64,000 bases of DNA. Source: Paecilomyces variotii. Its lineage: Eukaryota. The position numbers and the translations under genes are program-made. Position 1 is the stretch's first letter; every line of letters starts with the position of its first letter. Below, one piece after another: positions 49,686 through 63,489 of the stretch. The notes under the pieces were generated by a model. That model had not been told where the DNA came from. It did no database searches and saw only the letters and a list, made by a program, of their open reading frames with translations. The stretch lies in assembly GCA_004022145.1 (NCBI GenBank), contig RCNU01000008.1; one strand, 5' to 3'.

Positions 49686-51123
49686 TGCTACGATGATTGA
49701 CGGTGCATATAACGATAATTTCCGATTTCCAGATTTCTAAAGGAACTTCTAACTTGAATACAATATTGGAGAACGATGATAAGAGTGTTACACGGAACGT
49801 CTAATAGTTAACTATCGTTGCGCTCCCAATCTTTATCAGCACGGTCGGCAAACCAGGGGGTTATCCGGTGCTTATTCGAGATGGCGGCATGCGGGGTTCT
49901 ATCTTAAGGTAGGACTCCGTAGGAGTCACTGACGATGATTAACAAAGCGCTCTTTTCTCGGACGAGAAAGCCTTATGAATCTAGGAACAATTAACAAGAT
50001 GAACTTATTCGAAAAAGTACAAGCTCGAGAAAAGCTTAGCTCTTGCGCAATAAACGCCTCGTCTGGGCTCATCCTCTTTAGCGTCGCGGCATCCAGGCAC
50101 ACAAGCGAAATTTGGAGACGACAGACGTTCGGCGATATTCTGACACTTCACATCGCTTACTCTTGTTGTAGCAGACGCAGCCAATGGGGAAATTAAACTT
50201 ACTTAATAGTAATGTTTGGAAATTGGAGACTGATGACTGGATTTTCAGCATTTCTACTTGGTTCTTGGTCCACTTTCTTTCCTGTATACTCTACGAGCTA
50301 TGAAACGCCTCATGTCACAATAGCCGGACCAACAGCCATAGGGGGGAAGACCTCATATCCTTTCACTGACACAGGCGTCTCGAACGATGGATACTCCACT
50401 CTTTCGAACCAGGACTCGTGCTTATTGCTCAATTCTAATGACCCCTCGCCTGAACATACTCGAGCAGTCTGATAGTCTCGGTATATTGTTTTCTTCTAGG
50501 AACGAGAAGCATCAACGGGACCAAACCGACTGTAAACCTTCACAAAATAGTATCAGACCGTTGCTCATATGGAGGGAGCTCTACGATGGATGGAATAGAT
50601 CAACAGTAATGTCATGTGGATAAGGTCGATTGGACAAAAATCTCGCTCTGCTATGCACAGTATTCCCCTCATAGATAGCGAAGCAACCCGACATCGAGAT
50701 ACTTAGTCGTTCTTTTGTCATAGACTTGAGTGGTTAATTCAAAATGTCTTCAGTTACCGTAAGAACTACCGTTATCTTGACGATCGTCCACTCCAGGTTC
50801 TCCAGATCATTTACAAAATAATTAATGCGTATTACCGCATGGGCTCTTTCTATATGTGTAAAGACAACGGTAAGATTTATAACTACATTCGAAAAGCATC
50901 AATAGGGACACTCGTCTAAGACCGGCGAACGGTTACTTTTGTCTTCTACGCTGCATGCAGCACTCTTCTCCATACACAGAAGTTTACTTTCGGCCATATC
51001 ATCAAAGCATTGGCACCAGAAATCTACATTAAAGGATATAATAAGAGACATATAGTCACATTCACCACAGATTGAGTTCTAGACCGGTGTAATCTTATCG
51101 GGCCCGAAAGAACTATGTAGGTG

Positions 51124-51280
51124 ATCTATCATATCATCCGTTGCAGCAGGGTCTTTGATATCCTAGTTATAGGATAGAATCTACTAGATTACTAGAATCT
51201 AGATCCTTTGTATGCTATAGCAGATAGATATGGGATGAATACACCCTATATCTAGTGTTTAAGCAGGGAAGTCAAGCAAC
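51124..51280. repeat. Diverged dispersed repeat, copy 2 (homologous to ~18251-18420)
   Basis: Same collinear blocks as copy 1 (TTATAGGATAGAA 51167-51179, TACTAGATTA 51182-51191, TAGATCCTTTG ~51200). Ends are approximate. Confidence 0.6.
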
Positions 51281-53546
51281 CTAGCTGCGTAGCTACGAGG
51301 TTCAAATCATGTCGTTGCTTCCATACCCTTTAGGATTCGACAAGTCTCAAGAGATATGAATGGGGTATCGATCTTTCAAATCACTGCATAGAACCAACTA
51401 GTATCCTTCATATATTGACGAACATATCCCCGTACGTTGAGCACACCATCCATGATTTCACCCATGGTAAACTGAAGTAAGGGACCTATTCGCGAGTATT
51501 TTGAACAGAAGTCCCCAGCAGTTACCACAGACGATAAAAACGCTAAATCTACAGGATAAGAGTACAGTATCCTGTTGGTTCAGACATGTGATCCTATCTG
51601 TTTGCAAGGACTTTGGTGGAATAACGGAGACTCCGTAAATCGAGCAACGCATGCTTGGAATCCTTAGCTGCTTGTATGTGATATCATTGTGGTTAAACCT
51701 CGGACTTGAACCAGACAGTCGAAATTAAGATCAAGCAGAGTCGTTATTTCCCCCTCTTTTTTCTTTTGGAATAAATGGATAGCACCTTACCTGATCCATG
51801 ATTGTGAAACTCTGTTACTTGCAGCTATGAGTCAATCAAGAATGAAGCTGAACTCAAGAACATCTAAGCTCCTGGGACTGGCTCGCTGTAATCTGCTCCC
51901 AAATGAAGGTTACACCTTGTCTCAGAAATACCATCTAGGCCCATGGCTAAGTAGAGATTTTATCATTCAGGAGACCATCAAGTAGACCGTAATTCAATCT
52001 GAGTGAACAAATATGCTAAGAATTTCCATATCAAGGACATGCTCCGAAACGAACTTTGTACTATGCAGCAACAAGTATGAAAGAAGTGTCGTTGATTTGT
52101 TCATATATACCCACGTGGTACAGACTTGGGTTACTTTCGAATCTGTCCGTCGGTACGCTTGTGCATTATGCAAGATAAATCACCGATTTGAAATGGTACT
52201 TTCAAACTTCCGACCTTTCGTTTCAGTCATTGGTGATGAGACTAGCGTCAATTCTAGATTTTTCTCCGAGCCATGTGGTCTTTGTGTAACCACCTCGTGG
52301 TTTATCTCATAGTCGAGGCATAAGTCATCCTTAGATCTCTACACTGGCCCTACTATGATATGGAGTACCTCGAGAGTGATAATGTTGACCTTGGGATAGT
52401 TAAGCCCGCCTCAACTCACCAGTTCTCCGTCCGTATACAGTATATTAGACCTTGTTGAGGAGTTCTGGGGGATATGACGTCTAATTGGGGATTGTTTTAA
52501 CTGGCAGCTCAATCTTGGTCGTCACTGCAAGGTTTGGAGCTTCTGCAAGTCTGCGCGGGGTTGTCACTGCTCCGCCCCTGCGGTCCGCAATAATGTCCTT
52601 GTTGAGGAGGAAGCCGGAGCTTAGGTTTGCCTTTTGACATGGATATCCTCAAATGGTAAGGCTCAATTCATAGATCATTAACGATCAGTCTAGGTGCCTG
52701 AAGATGGCTTATTTCTGTCCTTCCCAGATTCGTTTTCCGGGTAAGCGGCAAGTCACGAATACTTTCTAGAGTAATCCCAGCATAAGAATCAATTGACAAT
52801 TGGGCTAATAATTTACGCATTGCAATCCATCACTTGTAAGCCTCCATTTAACTTCGTTGAAAACTTGGCCAAGTGGGTTAGTATTGAGCGTGAACCTTGG
52901 AAAAGACCTTCTCCAACTATCTACACGGGTCATGTGTCCGGACGCGGATCAGAAAACTGCCGAGAAAGATGCGGAGACAGCGTCGGTAATAATAATAATG
53001 GCCCCCGCTTAACTTATGGCCGCTACCTGAATAATAATACTGGATACTAACTTAATATTGCTCTAAAGTAGAATAGAGTATTATAGAATTTATCCGTCGC
53101 GCGCTACCGAAGTGGAATTGCCAATACAGATACGTCATTGCGGGTGCGGGATCATCATAGTCTCTTTTGCACTGTCGAAAGCTTGAAATGCCACGGAGAG
53201 ATCTCCGAAAAGTCGCATGTTGATATGAACATGAGATCTTAGTACTTACACGAGGAGCGAGTCCGGGATGCTCCAAGTTTACGCGCCAATCGGCTGTCCA
53301 CCCAGGAGCAGAAGATAGTCACATTCCCCGGGTTTGCATCCATAGTACGTAAAGGACGTACCTAAAATGTAGAAAGGCAAAGACTGGATCTAAGCAGTCG
53401 CATTTTGAACTTACCAAGATGCCCCTACTAACACGTCCATGGTCTCTAGACCCACTGGACCTGGATGGATTTCCCCAGTTTCTTTGGGGTATTTAAACCA
53501 TTCACTGAGTACCGGTTCCTGAGGATTCACTGCGATAGTGTTCACC

Positions 53547-55885
53547 ATGTCCATACTCACCGGCTCATCCCTACGGGGATATAACACGTTTGTCGTGTTG
53601 TTGTGTCTCACGTACATTCTCCCTGCAGTCGCATTGGTCCCCAGAAATCCATATTCGAAGCTCGTGGCTCGTCAGACACCTGATCCTTTGGAGGTTGATG
53701 TGGGTTATGCGACATATCGTGGTTACCACAACGACACAACTGGACTCAACACATGGCTAGGGTAGTGTGACCACATATACAGATTGCTATATGTGTTGCT
53801 AATACTTCCCCCATATGTTTAGTATTCGTTTCGCAGAACCACCCGTGGGTAGTCTGCGATGGCAGAAGCCCGTTCCACCGCGAACACCGCAGAACAAGAC
53901 TGAGGTAGTAAACGCCGACAAATTTCCCAACCAATGTCCTCAAGCACCGCAAGCAGCTCCGTAAGTAGACCTTCTCTGAAATCAGTAAGATGTTTGCGAT
54001 TAACAATCGACAAGGAGCGATGGTCCATTCCAGTCTTCAACATCACAAAGTGAGGATTGTCTGTTCCTCAATGTCTATGCGCCGTCCAACGCGACTGGGC
54101 TACCTGTTTTTGTTTATATTCGTAGGTTGAGCCCTTGATTATATTAGGTATAAGCTAATGGTTGTAGATGGGGGTGGGTATGGATCTGGCAACGGTCAGT
54201 CGAATATACCAGTTTTGCTCAATGGATCTGGCGAGGATTTTGTTGGAGTCGCGATTCAGTATCGAGTACGGAGATCTTCGCATTAGCTCTGTGGACTTTG
54301 CTAACAGAAGCAGCTTGGGGCTTTTGGCTTTCTTTCATCGGACGAGGTCAAGCGTTTTGGAACGGCAAACGCCGGTCTGCTTGACCAGTATCTTGCCTTG
54401 CAGTGGGTACAGCGATATATTGGACTTTTTGGCGGAGATCCCCTGCAAGTGACGATCGCAGGAGAGTCTGCAGGTAGGCGTACTTTGGACGACGTTTCGG
54501 TTACATCGCTAAGGGTTCTTCTAGGTGCTGGTTCGGTGATGCTTCAGGCTATGGCCTACGGAGGATCGATTGGGACATCCCTCTTCCAGAATGTAAGCTA
54601 TGCTGCACTTAGTGATGGAAGCCAATTGGCTGCTGACGCGTTTCACAGATCATAGCTGCTAGTCCTTACCTGCCTATGCAGTACCGTTACTCTGATTTTG
54701 TGCCCTCACAGATGTACTATACTTTCGCTGCTGCCGCCGGGTGTTTTGACGGTCTCCAAACCTGGAAGGAAAAGATATCAGTATTTGACTGTCTCGTCAG
54801 TAAAGACACAGAGACTTTGCAGAATGCCAGTTATACTGTCACGGTAGGAGGGAAATACGGTCAATGGGCATTCCTCCCTGTGACGGATAACGATTTTGTG
54901 CAACAGGTGCCGAGCCAGCAGCTTCTGAACAAGCAGGTCAACGGCGAGCGCCTATTGATCAGCGTAAGATCTCCTGATGAGGAGTAAGCCGCACTGTGAT
55001 GGCTGCTGACATTTAATGGCAGAACAACGCGGATGAGGGCACCCGGTTCACCCCTCAAAAGATCGATACCGAAGATGATTTTGTCAACTTTATCAAGTCG
55101 TTGTTCCCGCTCTTTACGGAAAGCGATGTGAACAAGACCCTTCTGTACTATCCTTCCACGACAGCACCAGTGGATAAAAATGATCCAAAGTTCGCCACAT
55201 CGGGGACTGGCACTCCAACTGCACTCAACGAGAGCAGCTTTGGAACTGGCCAACAGCAGCGCGCGGACGTAAGTCTTGTCTTTCATCAGGTTTTGTTCCA
55301 CCAGCCAAGCTGACAAAAAACCAGAACCTCTATGCAGAAGTTACCTTCGATTGCCCGGCTTACTGGTTGGCCGAGGCCTTTGGAGAAGATGGTAGGAAGA
55401 GCTACAAGTATCAATATTCGATAATCCCAGCCATTCATGCCTATGATATGGATGCTTACTTTGGTCCCCGTCCGGATACAATGTCTGTTGCCTTTCAGGA
55501 AGCGGTGAAATGTAAGTGTCTGGCGGCTTCCTAGATTTCCGGTTTCGATTGCTAACTCTGATCTGATTCATCAGCGATCTGGAACAGTTTCATCGTCACT
55601 GGAGACCCTACTGAAAAGATTAACAACACCATCCCAGCCAATACGACTAATGCCATCAAGTCGTGGACTCCATTTACCGTTGGGCAGCCATTTCAACTGA
55701 ATCTCAACCAGACTGGTGGCCATCCCACGACTGAGGAGGATAGTGTCACGGATATCGATATAACGGTGTATGAAGGCTCTGGCCTCCGGCCTGACTTTGA
55801 CCTCGTCAACGCGTATACGTGGGAAGGCGGACGAGGACAACGATGCGACTTCTGGCGGAGTGTGAGTGGTCACATTCCAGGATGA
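53547..55885 (+). CDS. Secreted type-B carboxylesterase/lipase
   Basis: Signal-like N-terminus, 'GIRFAEPPVGSLRWQKP', 'EDCLFLNVYAP', 'GGGYG', nucleophile 'GESAG', acid 'NNADEG', His 'PAIHAYD', C-terminal 'RGQRCDFW'. About ten short introns. Stop TGA 55883-55885. Confidence 0.88.
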
Positions 55886-56899
55886 GTGTTTTCAAAACAC
55901 ATGAATACCGCTCAAAGGATGTTGTGAGTTGGTTAGTTCCTCCGATGAGGAACCACGTTTCGAGGATTTGGTGCCACGCCAGTTACGATGGATTATTTCG
56001 CTTAGAATCAGTCATGTCCATACAACGCAGACCGCATATATTCTATCAGCGATAATGCTGTTTTTCATCTGACGACCCTTCTTGGTTGGGTTAGTAGAGG
56101 CCTGCATAGCAGTAACAGAAGAGAATTCTGCGATGAGCACGGTCTTTGTTTCTCCTCTTCTATCAAAAAACCACAGCGAATGTTCTATCTTGCCTTTCGA
56201 TATAATAAATGCTCAGGAGGCAATGAGGCATGCTCCATTGGAACGTTGCGGGTATGGCAAGCCACAAGGGTAAGCTTAGCCTTGCCCGAGAACAAATCAT
56301 TCGTGTGTCTTCTTAGTTTACCAAGCCATCACGCAGATCGTCCTTGGCAGTCAGCGCCCAGGGGCGCTAGACCGTCTTATTATTCGGCGTCGTCCTATAT
56401 CTTATTCTTTTTCCGCGACTCGGAGTCCGAGGAGGCGTTTCCGTTGCCGGCTATCCGATTGTGACAACAATCAACAATCGACTCTTCGCGTAATAATAGA
56501 GATAGAACAATCGTTACCTCTCGCGTGACCGTTGCGTCGTCCGTTTTCCCTCTCACACCGCTTCTTTTCTTCTCTCCTGGTGTTGTACATCGAAGCCGTT
56601 CGAAACTAGCTACCTCATACAGCAGCGGAGTTTATCATTCGGTGGGGCTCCTGGTTCTTACTGAACAGTTTGGTTGCGGGGTGGGACGTCTCGAAGAGTC
56701 GATGACTTCTTTTTCGATAGACTAGCCACATGGTCGAGCTATCCACTCTCGACTTATCTTCCTCTGACCGCGATGTATTCGTCTATCGAGCACAGAAAGT
56801 GAGCATCTCCGTGCTGTTTGATGGGAAAGAGAGATGCAGCAGGCGGATCCGTTGGTCGGGCGCAAACTTGCTGCGCGGCAAACCGTCTCGCAGCGAACG

Positions 56900-59896
56900 A
56901 TGGATCTCCCGCTCTCCGAAGGCGAAGAGACTCAGGAGGACTTAGCAGCAGGCTTTCGAAGTCGCCCTTCAATGGTAAGCATGTGTGCAGCACTGCATTT
57001 ACAGGGCCAGTTAGATAACCTTGATATGGGCAGGCATGCGACATGTGCCGCAGAAGGAAGATCAAATGTCAACCGGAACTAAGCGGTAAAGGCTGCGTGC
57101 AGTGCATGCGCCGCAAGATCAAATGCAACTATGGCTCGAAGAAGTTAAGAAGGGAGTCTCTGAAGAGGTATATTCTGATCCATTCTGTTCTCATTACCAG
57201 TTACTGACAAGTGTCCAGGGAACAGCATATTAGATGGTTGGAGAATCGGTTAAAGCGCGTCCAGGAGATACTGAAAAGCGCGGGTGTCTTGGATGAGAAT
57301 TATGTCGACGAAGACATCACGGTTGCGGAGGATGATCAGCTGGCTGGATATGAGCATGATCTAGGCGGTGAACAACGAGATGACGATGAAGATCATTGGG
57401 AGGTCGAAGATGCCATTGGAACCGAACCGTCATGGCAAGATGGATTATTTCCATCTGCGTACGGTTCAATGGATGTTGTGTCTTGCCCCATACCCCAGAC
57501 GACACAATCTGCTGCCACTGGACGTATACAATCAGTCTCCTTGACCCCGTCATCGTCGTCATCTGAAGACCAGTCCATGACCGAACTGGATTCTTTGACT
57601 TCATATATCATCACGACAAATGAGAAAGATGAGCCCCGTTACTTTGGTAAATATTCCAACCCTCAAATGCGTATACGAGGGATCCATCCACGTGCAGGAA
57701 GGTGCTGATTGCTATTTTCTAGGACGAGCCTCCACTCTGTCTATATTTTCCGCGGATGGGCTTCAATGGATAAGACACAAAACGGGTGATGATAGTATTC
57801 CTGATACAATATTCGCTAGACCACCAGATGAGAATACATCCAAGTACTATCCACCTGACGTGTATCACGATATATTTGAATCCCACGTCTATAAACCTCT
57901 ACCTCCGAGGACGGAGGTCTTCACACTGCTAAAGCATTACTTTCGGGATGCGAACAGGCTATTCCCCATTTATCATGAGGCTAGCTTCATGCGCTTGGTC
58001 GAATGGCAATATAGGCAACAGACATGCAAAGATGCGGCATTATGGGCGAGCATCAATGTTATGATCGCTGTCGCATACCGCTATCGGTTAGCAAATAGCA
58101 TACGACCTGAGCGGGACAACGAGAAAGCCTGGTTGTATTTCAAGAATGCATTATCAGTGCTGGCTGACCTGACGTTACGGCGTACTGATCTATTGAGTGC
58201 ACAGGCTTTGCTTACAATGGTCTGCACCCTTACCACATACTTTCTAATGCCAGAGCATCACTGACGATGAAGTCACACAGGCCATGTTTCTGAGGGGTAA
58301 CTCTACACTCCAAACGGCGCTTCCACTTGTGACTGCAGCTATGAGGATTTGCCATCAGCTGGGTCTTCACAGACGGTCCACAGGGAACGGTCTTCCTCTA
58401 GTAGAACAGGAGCAAAGGAGGAGAGTGTTTTGGGTAGGCTATGTGCTCGACCAGAGGTAAGCTTGCACACATACATTTTGCTACGGGAATGCTAAACGTT
58501 GTCAAGTGTATCTATCCGTGCAGGCAATGCACCATCACAAGCCGATGACTTCGACGTTGACTTCCCGACGGACAATATTGACGACCAAGAAGATGGCCCT
58601 GATGTGCAGTGGTTCTCTCTTCTTGCACGTCTATCAGTTATTAAAGGAAGGATTTACAAGAGACTGTATTCGGCGAAATCCCTAAGGAGATCTCCGCGGG
58701 AGATTATCGCGACGATCAAGGAACTGAATGCAGAACTCGACGAATGGAAATCCAATAGTCAGGAAATAGTTCACCGCGAACAAGGAAACGATGAACGAGA
58801 CTTCATGTTCAACCTCTCGAGGATGGCTCTTGAGTTGGCCTACTACAATGCAGTTATAATGGTCAATCGCATGCCTGTCCTCCACGATTCTTTCTTAGTC
58901 GTGCACTTCCCGGCTGCCGTCACCAGGCCTTACTTCGCGCAGGCATTGGAGTCCAATGCAATTTGTGTCCAGGCCGCTCGTGATTCATTAAGACTTATGA
59001 ACACGATGCCTTGGGGAGACGTAGCATGGATGTGGTAAGTTTACCCAAAAATCTTAAATTGACGGCTTTTTCTCACGATGGTTAGGGCGTTATTATATTA
59101 CTTGTTTCTATCAACAATCATTGTGTTCGTGAATATCCTACGGAATGCGACCCATCCGAAGGCCAGGGAAGATCTCCGATCACTGAGCATGGCAGTGACC
59201 TTTTTCAACACTTTGGCACCCGGGGATGGTATCCGCAGCAGTGCGAAATTCATGACGAATACATGCTCCGTGTTTGAGCGGATAGCGAAAGCGGTAGTTG
59301 AGAGGGCAGAAAAGGATAGCAAATCTCGGAAAAGCTTGCGAGGCGAGAAGATTTCAGATATTTCGGCGCCAATTAACGAGCAAAAAGACAGCACTCTGCG
59401 TGGTTCAGAGAAAACAACGTGTTTAGCGGAGCCTTCGGAAGCGGTCGAGAACGTCACGAATGCCGGAATTCCGACTGCCGAGGGTTATGGCAGCACCGTG
59501 GCAGCAGATCCTCACAACTCGGAAGATCACTTTTCATACATCACAAATCCGTCTACTGCAGGAGCGGTAGAGGAAGCCAGAGAACATGCTGAGCGGATTT
59601 CAGGGTTGACGAACTTAGACCCTCCTATATCGGATGCATACACCTTTTTCAATAATATGCTAGTGCCGCCAGATCTATGGCAGATCCCCATGGGTGCTGA
59701 CTGGGAGTTGCGAAATCAGTTCCCCGGAGCTGTTTTCTCACAGGGCTTCTCAGAATTACATGGACCAGGGGGTGTCCTAGAAGGGATGCCAATACCCGAA
59801 CAGCCAGTTTACGGGTACGGCATGCCAAACTTGCAGCAAGATAATCAACGAGATGGTAATTGCAACACCTACGATCTATACGACTTTTTCCAATGA
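56900..59896 (+). CDS. Zn(II)2Cys6 transcription factor with fungal-specific TF domain
   Basis: 'ACDMCRRRKIKCQPELSGKGCVQCMRRKIKC' at ~57034-57127, dimerisation 'IRWLENRL', middle homology region 'LFPIYHEASF', 'AMRICHQLGLHR...EQEQRRRVFWVGYVLD'. Start codon uncertain (56900, or an upstream exon). Confidence 0.85.
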
Positions 59897-60344
59897 GCAT
59901 CCGGAGTTTCATCACGATCAGCTTGATTTATCGCTAAATATGTCAGCTGTGGTACGTGCTATCCACCATTGATACTGACGGAAAGCCTGAGAGGCATTTC
60001 GCGACTAGCTTCTTTTTAGAGGCTGCTACTCCGATCATGCTTATTCGAGTTTCCGAATATTCAACCTCAACTACTAGGTAATGATCTACGATTTATGAAT
60101 CAAAAAAATATAATGAACACGATAATTCAGATCTCAGTTATGCCTTCATTAGCATAACAGTCCTAACATGCGTGTATAAGCCCGCCCAGTGGGACGGAGC
60201 ATATTAAACTATATACTGCAAACATCACAATTAAATTATATTCATGATTATAATCGTTCCCTCATATGTGAATAGTCGCATCATATATGCGGACTGCGTT
60301 CGCAAATCCCCGCTCTGCGAACCGTCATCGTGGCTCAGCTGCAT

Positions 60345-61838
60345 CTAGCATTTATACTTCGTGAGCTGCTTGTTCAGATCTTTGTCAATGATTCCAGCTT
60401 CGACGGCCTCTGTAAGAATAACCATGTTAGTTCCATCCGACCTGATATATGGGAGAACAAGGAGAAGGCCTACTCTGATAAGTCCACTGCTCAGCGTTAT
60501 TGGTCAAGTCGGTCTTCCAGCTCCAGAAGACCCAGCCATTCAGCTTCTCATACTGCTGCTGCTGGGCCGAGAACCAGTTCGAGTAATCACTAACGTGGTC
60601 GGTCATAGGAGTGAATGCGTCTCCGGAGTTAGAGAAGCTTAAACTCCATTCGCCCACGATTTTGGGATTCACGGCTGACTCGCGGTTGTCCTTGCAGGCA
60701 AAGCTGACGAAGTCACTGATGTTCTGGGCGCTACTGATAGAGTAAGATTCATAGTTGTGATCGTCGAAGAGGAGACGCTCCTGCTGAGAGGATGTCAGAG
60801 ATGAAGTAGGGTTTCCGCCAGCGTCCCAGAGGTCGTCCTAGAGCCTTAGTGAGTATAGCAATGACTATGAGAAAGGGACTAATGATTATAACCTACCATC
60901 GTCATAACGTGGACCTTATCACTGTCAGACACGCCCAGCGATGCCTCTTTCTGTTGGATGCGATCGATGGCGGTTGGGTAGAAGGTCTTAACAAGCCAGG
61001 ATGTCTGAGCGTTTACAGTGTTCTGCAGAGGCTCGTTGATAATCTCGACGGTTCCAACATTCGAGAAGTCGTCGCTGCTGTGGATATTCTCGATAATCCA
61101 TTCAAAGAATGTATACGCCCGCTCCGCGTCGGGGTCGGATTCATAGAATGCCGTATTGGGTGTGTACTAATGAAATAGTTAGTTATATTATTTCTATTTA
61201 TCAATTGATGTATCATAGTATATACTTACTCTTCCAGTGAAGGCTTGGTTTGGTGTCTGAACACCAGGCATCCCATGGAGATCCAGGATGACATACATCC
61301 CAGCAGCAGCAGCCCATCGGCAGACGTTGCGCAGGTTATCGAATGCGCCACCTTTGGGATAATACTCGCCGTCGTTAATGAGGTCTTCATTGATCCAGAA
61401 TCCAACAGGGATCTGTCCCAAGCGGAGGTTAGTATTTTCATACATTCATCTATACAATGAATTGGTTGAGGCCCAACATACCCTGATAGTGTTCAACCCA
61501 TATGAAATCATAGTATTGATATCTTCCTGAGAAGTCCACGAGCTCCAATGCCGCTGAAAGGCCGAATTGGCAGCATCTTGTCCAATCCCCTGAACACAAT
61601 CCCATTCGGAATGATAGCCACTACCACCGGAATCCTTGCATCCCAAAGTATCTTTCCAATATGACTGCGCCATCCATGGTTCGAAGACGAAATGCGAGCC
61701 TAAGTTGACCCCTCGGATTTTACTCGTTCCTCCATTAGTGAAGGCAGATAGTGTATGACTTCCGTCTGTGGGCAGCCATGCCTGGACGAGGGCGATGACC
61801 GAAGAGAAGAAGAAAAGAGAGAATGTTGTGAAATACAT
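60345..61838 (-). CDS. Secreted GH5 beta-glucanase (endo-1,6-beta-glucanase/ExgB-like)
   Basis: Signal peptide then 'AWLP...KIRGVNLGSHFVFEPWM', 'GLNTIR|IPVGFW', 'ILDLHGMPG', acid/base 'EIINEP', 'FDDHNY', nucleophile 'IVGEWSL', 'GWVFWSWK'. Four introns. Confidence 0.85.
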
Positions 61839-63489
61839 GGTATCTAAGAAAGAGAAATTGGGATTAAACCTCCCAAAAAAGACCCTTTCAAGGGAAAGAA
61901 GGGATACACACAAAGATCAACGAGCTCGGAGCATTAATACCGAAAACGAAGATCATCCTCGACGATTACCAGGTCACGATGATTATATAGGTAGCTTTCT
62001 TCTTTGTTCTCATCAAGGTACCCCCCTCTCCAAAGGGTGGAGGAGGGGAGATAACAACATGAGACGCACGCGGTGCATCCATCCCTCACATACTTCCTCT
62101 CCTTCCCGAAATTGCAGTAGGTAGTACAAAGGCATTGAAAATGGGTCCGAACAGGGGATGGGGAACAGTGATTTTGCAAACATCGACGACGTCAGCACTT
62201 TACATGATTATTGCCTATCCAGGAAATAAGTCTATAACAAAGAGCCCAGCTGTGCAATTCAATAGGCATCTAATGGGTCTCCATAGGAGCTTCCGGGAGA
62301 CAATAATAATTTGTCACTGTTTCCAGGAACTATGAGGGCGTTACTTAGTTAGCGCTGCGGAGTTTTGTCTATGAATCAAGGGAGGAGATGGCCGTTTGCG
62401 GAAGTTGAAGGTTATACAATTTACAACTAAAACGAGATTTGATTGGTTCCCTCTCGTTCTTTCTCCCTAGCATTTTTTTGGTTGCTACTCGGGTTAACTT
62501 ACCATAACTTACTCCCAAGGCTTGAAAGAAAGGAAGGACAAAGATAACAGCATCGCACTACGCGAATCCTGGAAAAAGCCTCAACTGATCAAACTTCGAT
62601 GACGAATGGCTCAATATTGTTACTGTAGATCTTCTTTATTCATTATTAGAGGTACCTTTGATGTTCCCACTCTTAACTTCCAGGAACCTGTATCTCAGCA
62701 GTGCAAAGCAAGGTGAAGTGCCTGGTTGAGGGTTCATGGCAACAACATACTGGGGCGAACTTTAAATGCACAAACTTCGCTCTCATGCTCTTTGAGTTAC
62801 TCCCAGGACCCGATCCACTGATCTTAATCCGGCATTTTACTAGGTACCAAAACTCTCTGGATCCTTTCACCGGTTCCGGCTGCCAACACGAGCACAAAGC
62901 GATGATTCCAGGCACTGTGTCCATAATTTCTTCTATGGGCGCGGTATTTATCCTGGTTATGAATTACTAAATGCATCCAGCTGCTGCTCAAAATAGGTCA
63001 TGGGATCTCGAGTTATGCCTTCACTTCGGGTTCTGTGTGGTTCGCTTCGACACTGACACAAGCGAAGGTCTCGCCATATAAGTAATATGGCGCATCGACT
63101 CAGGAAGGCGTGATGATTCGAGATCAGGGAAGGAATGTTAAAATTATCGAGACTCCACGCTGTTCAGACTAGGCTCATGACGTAGGAAATAATAATAGTG
63201 CTGGGCCTGTCGTGTCTGCAAGTTATACTGCTGAGGTAGGTACCCTTATACCACAGTGGTCGAAAAAGCATACGTCGAGTCCTCTCGATGTTCAAAAATA
63301 ACTGCAAATTGGTATTCGGTTCAAATCACGTAAACAATTCATGGGAATGGCAATTATCATATACTCCAGGCACCGAACTGAAAACGCAGTATGCTGCATG
63401 CCACCATCCCGTAAGACCGGCCATTCCCAGGATAACAAATCAACCAACTCCATAATGCAAGTAGGGCAAAGAATTGCGAAAGGTTCAGA

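Noticed and set aside
51270-51320. tRNA-like GGTTCAAATC with flanking GCAAC/GTTGC
   Set aside because: No T-stem pairing, D-arm or anticodon arm can be built.
49686-53546. Short ORFs in the 3.9-kb intergenic region
   Set aside because: None has recognisable motifs or a consistent splice model. Only the dispersed repeat copy is supported.
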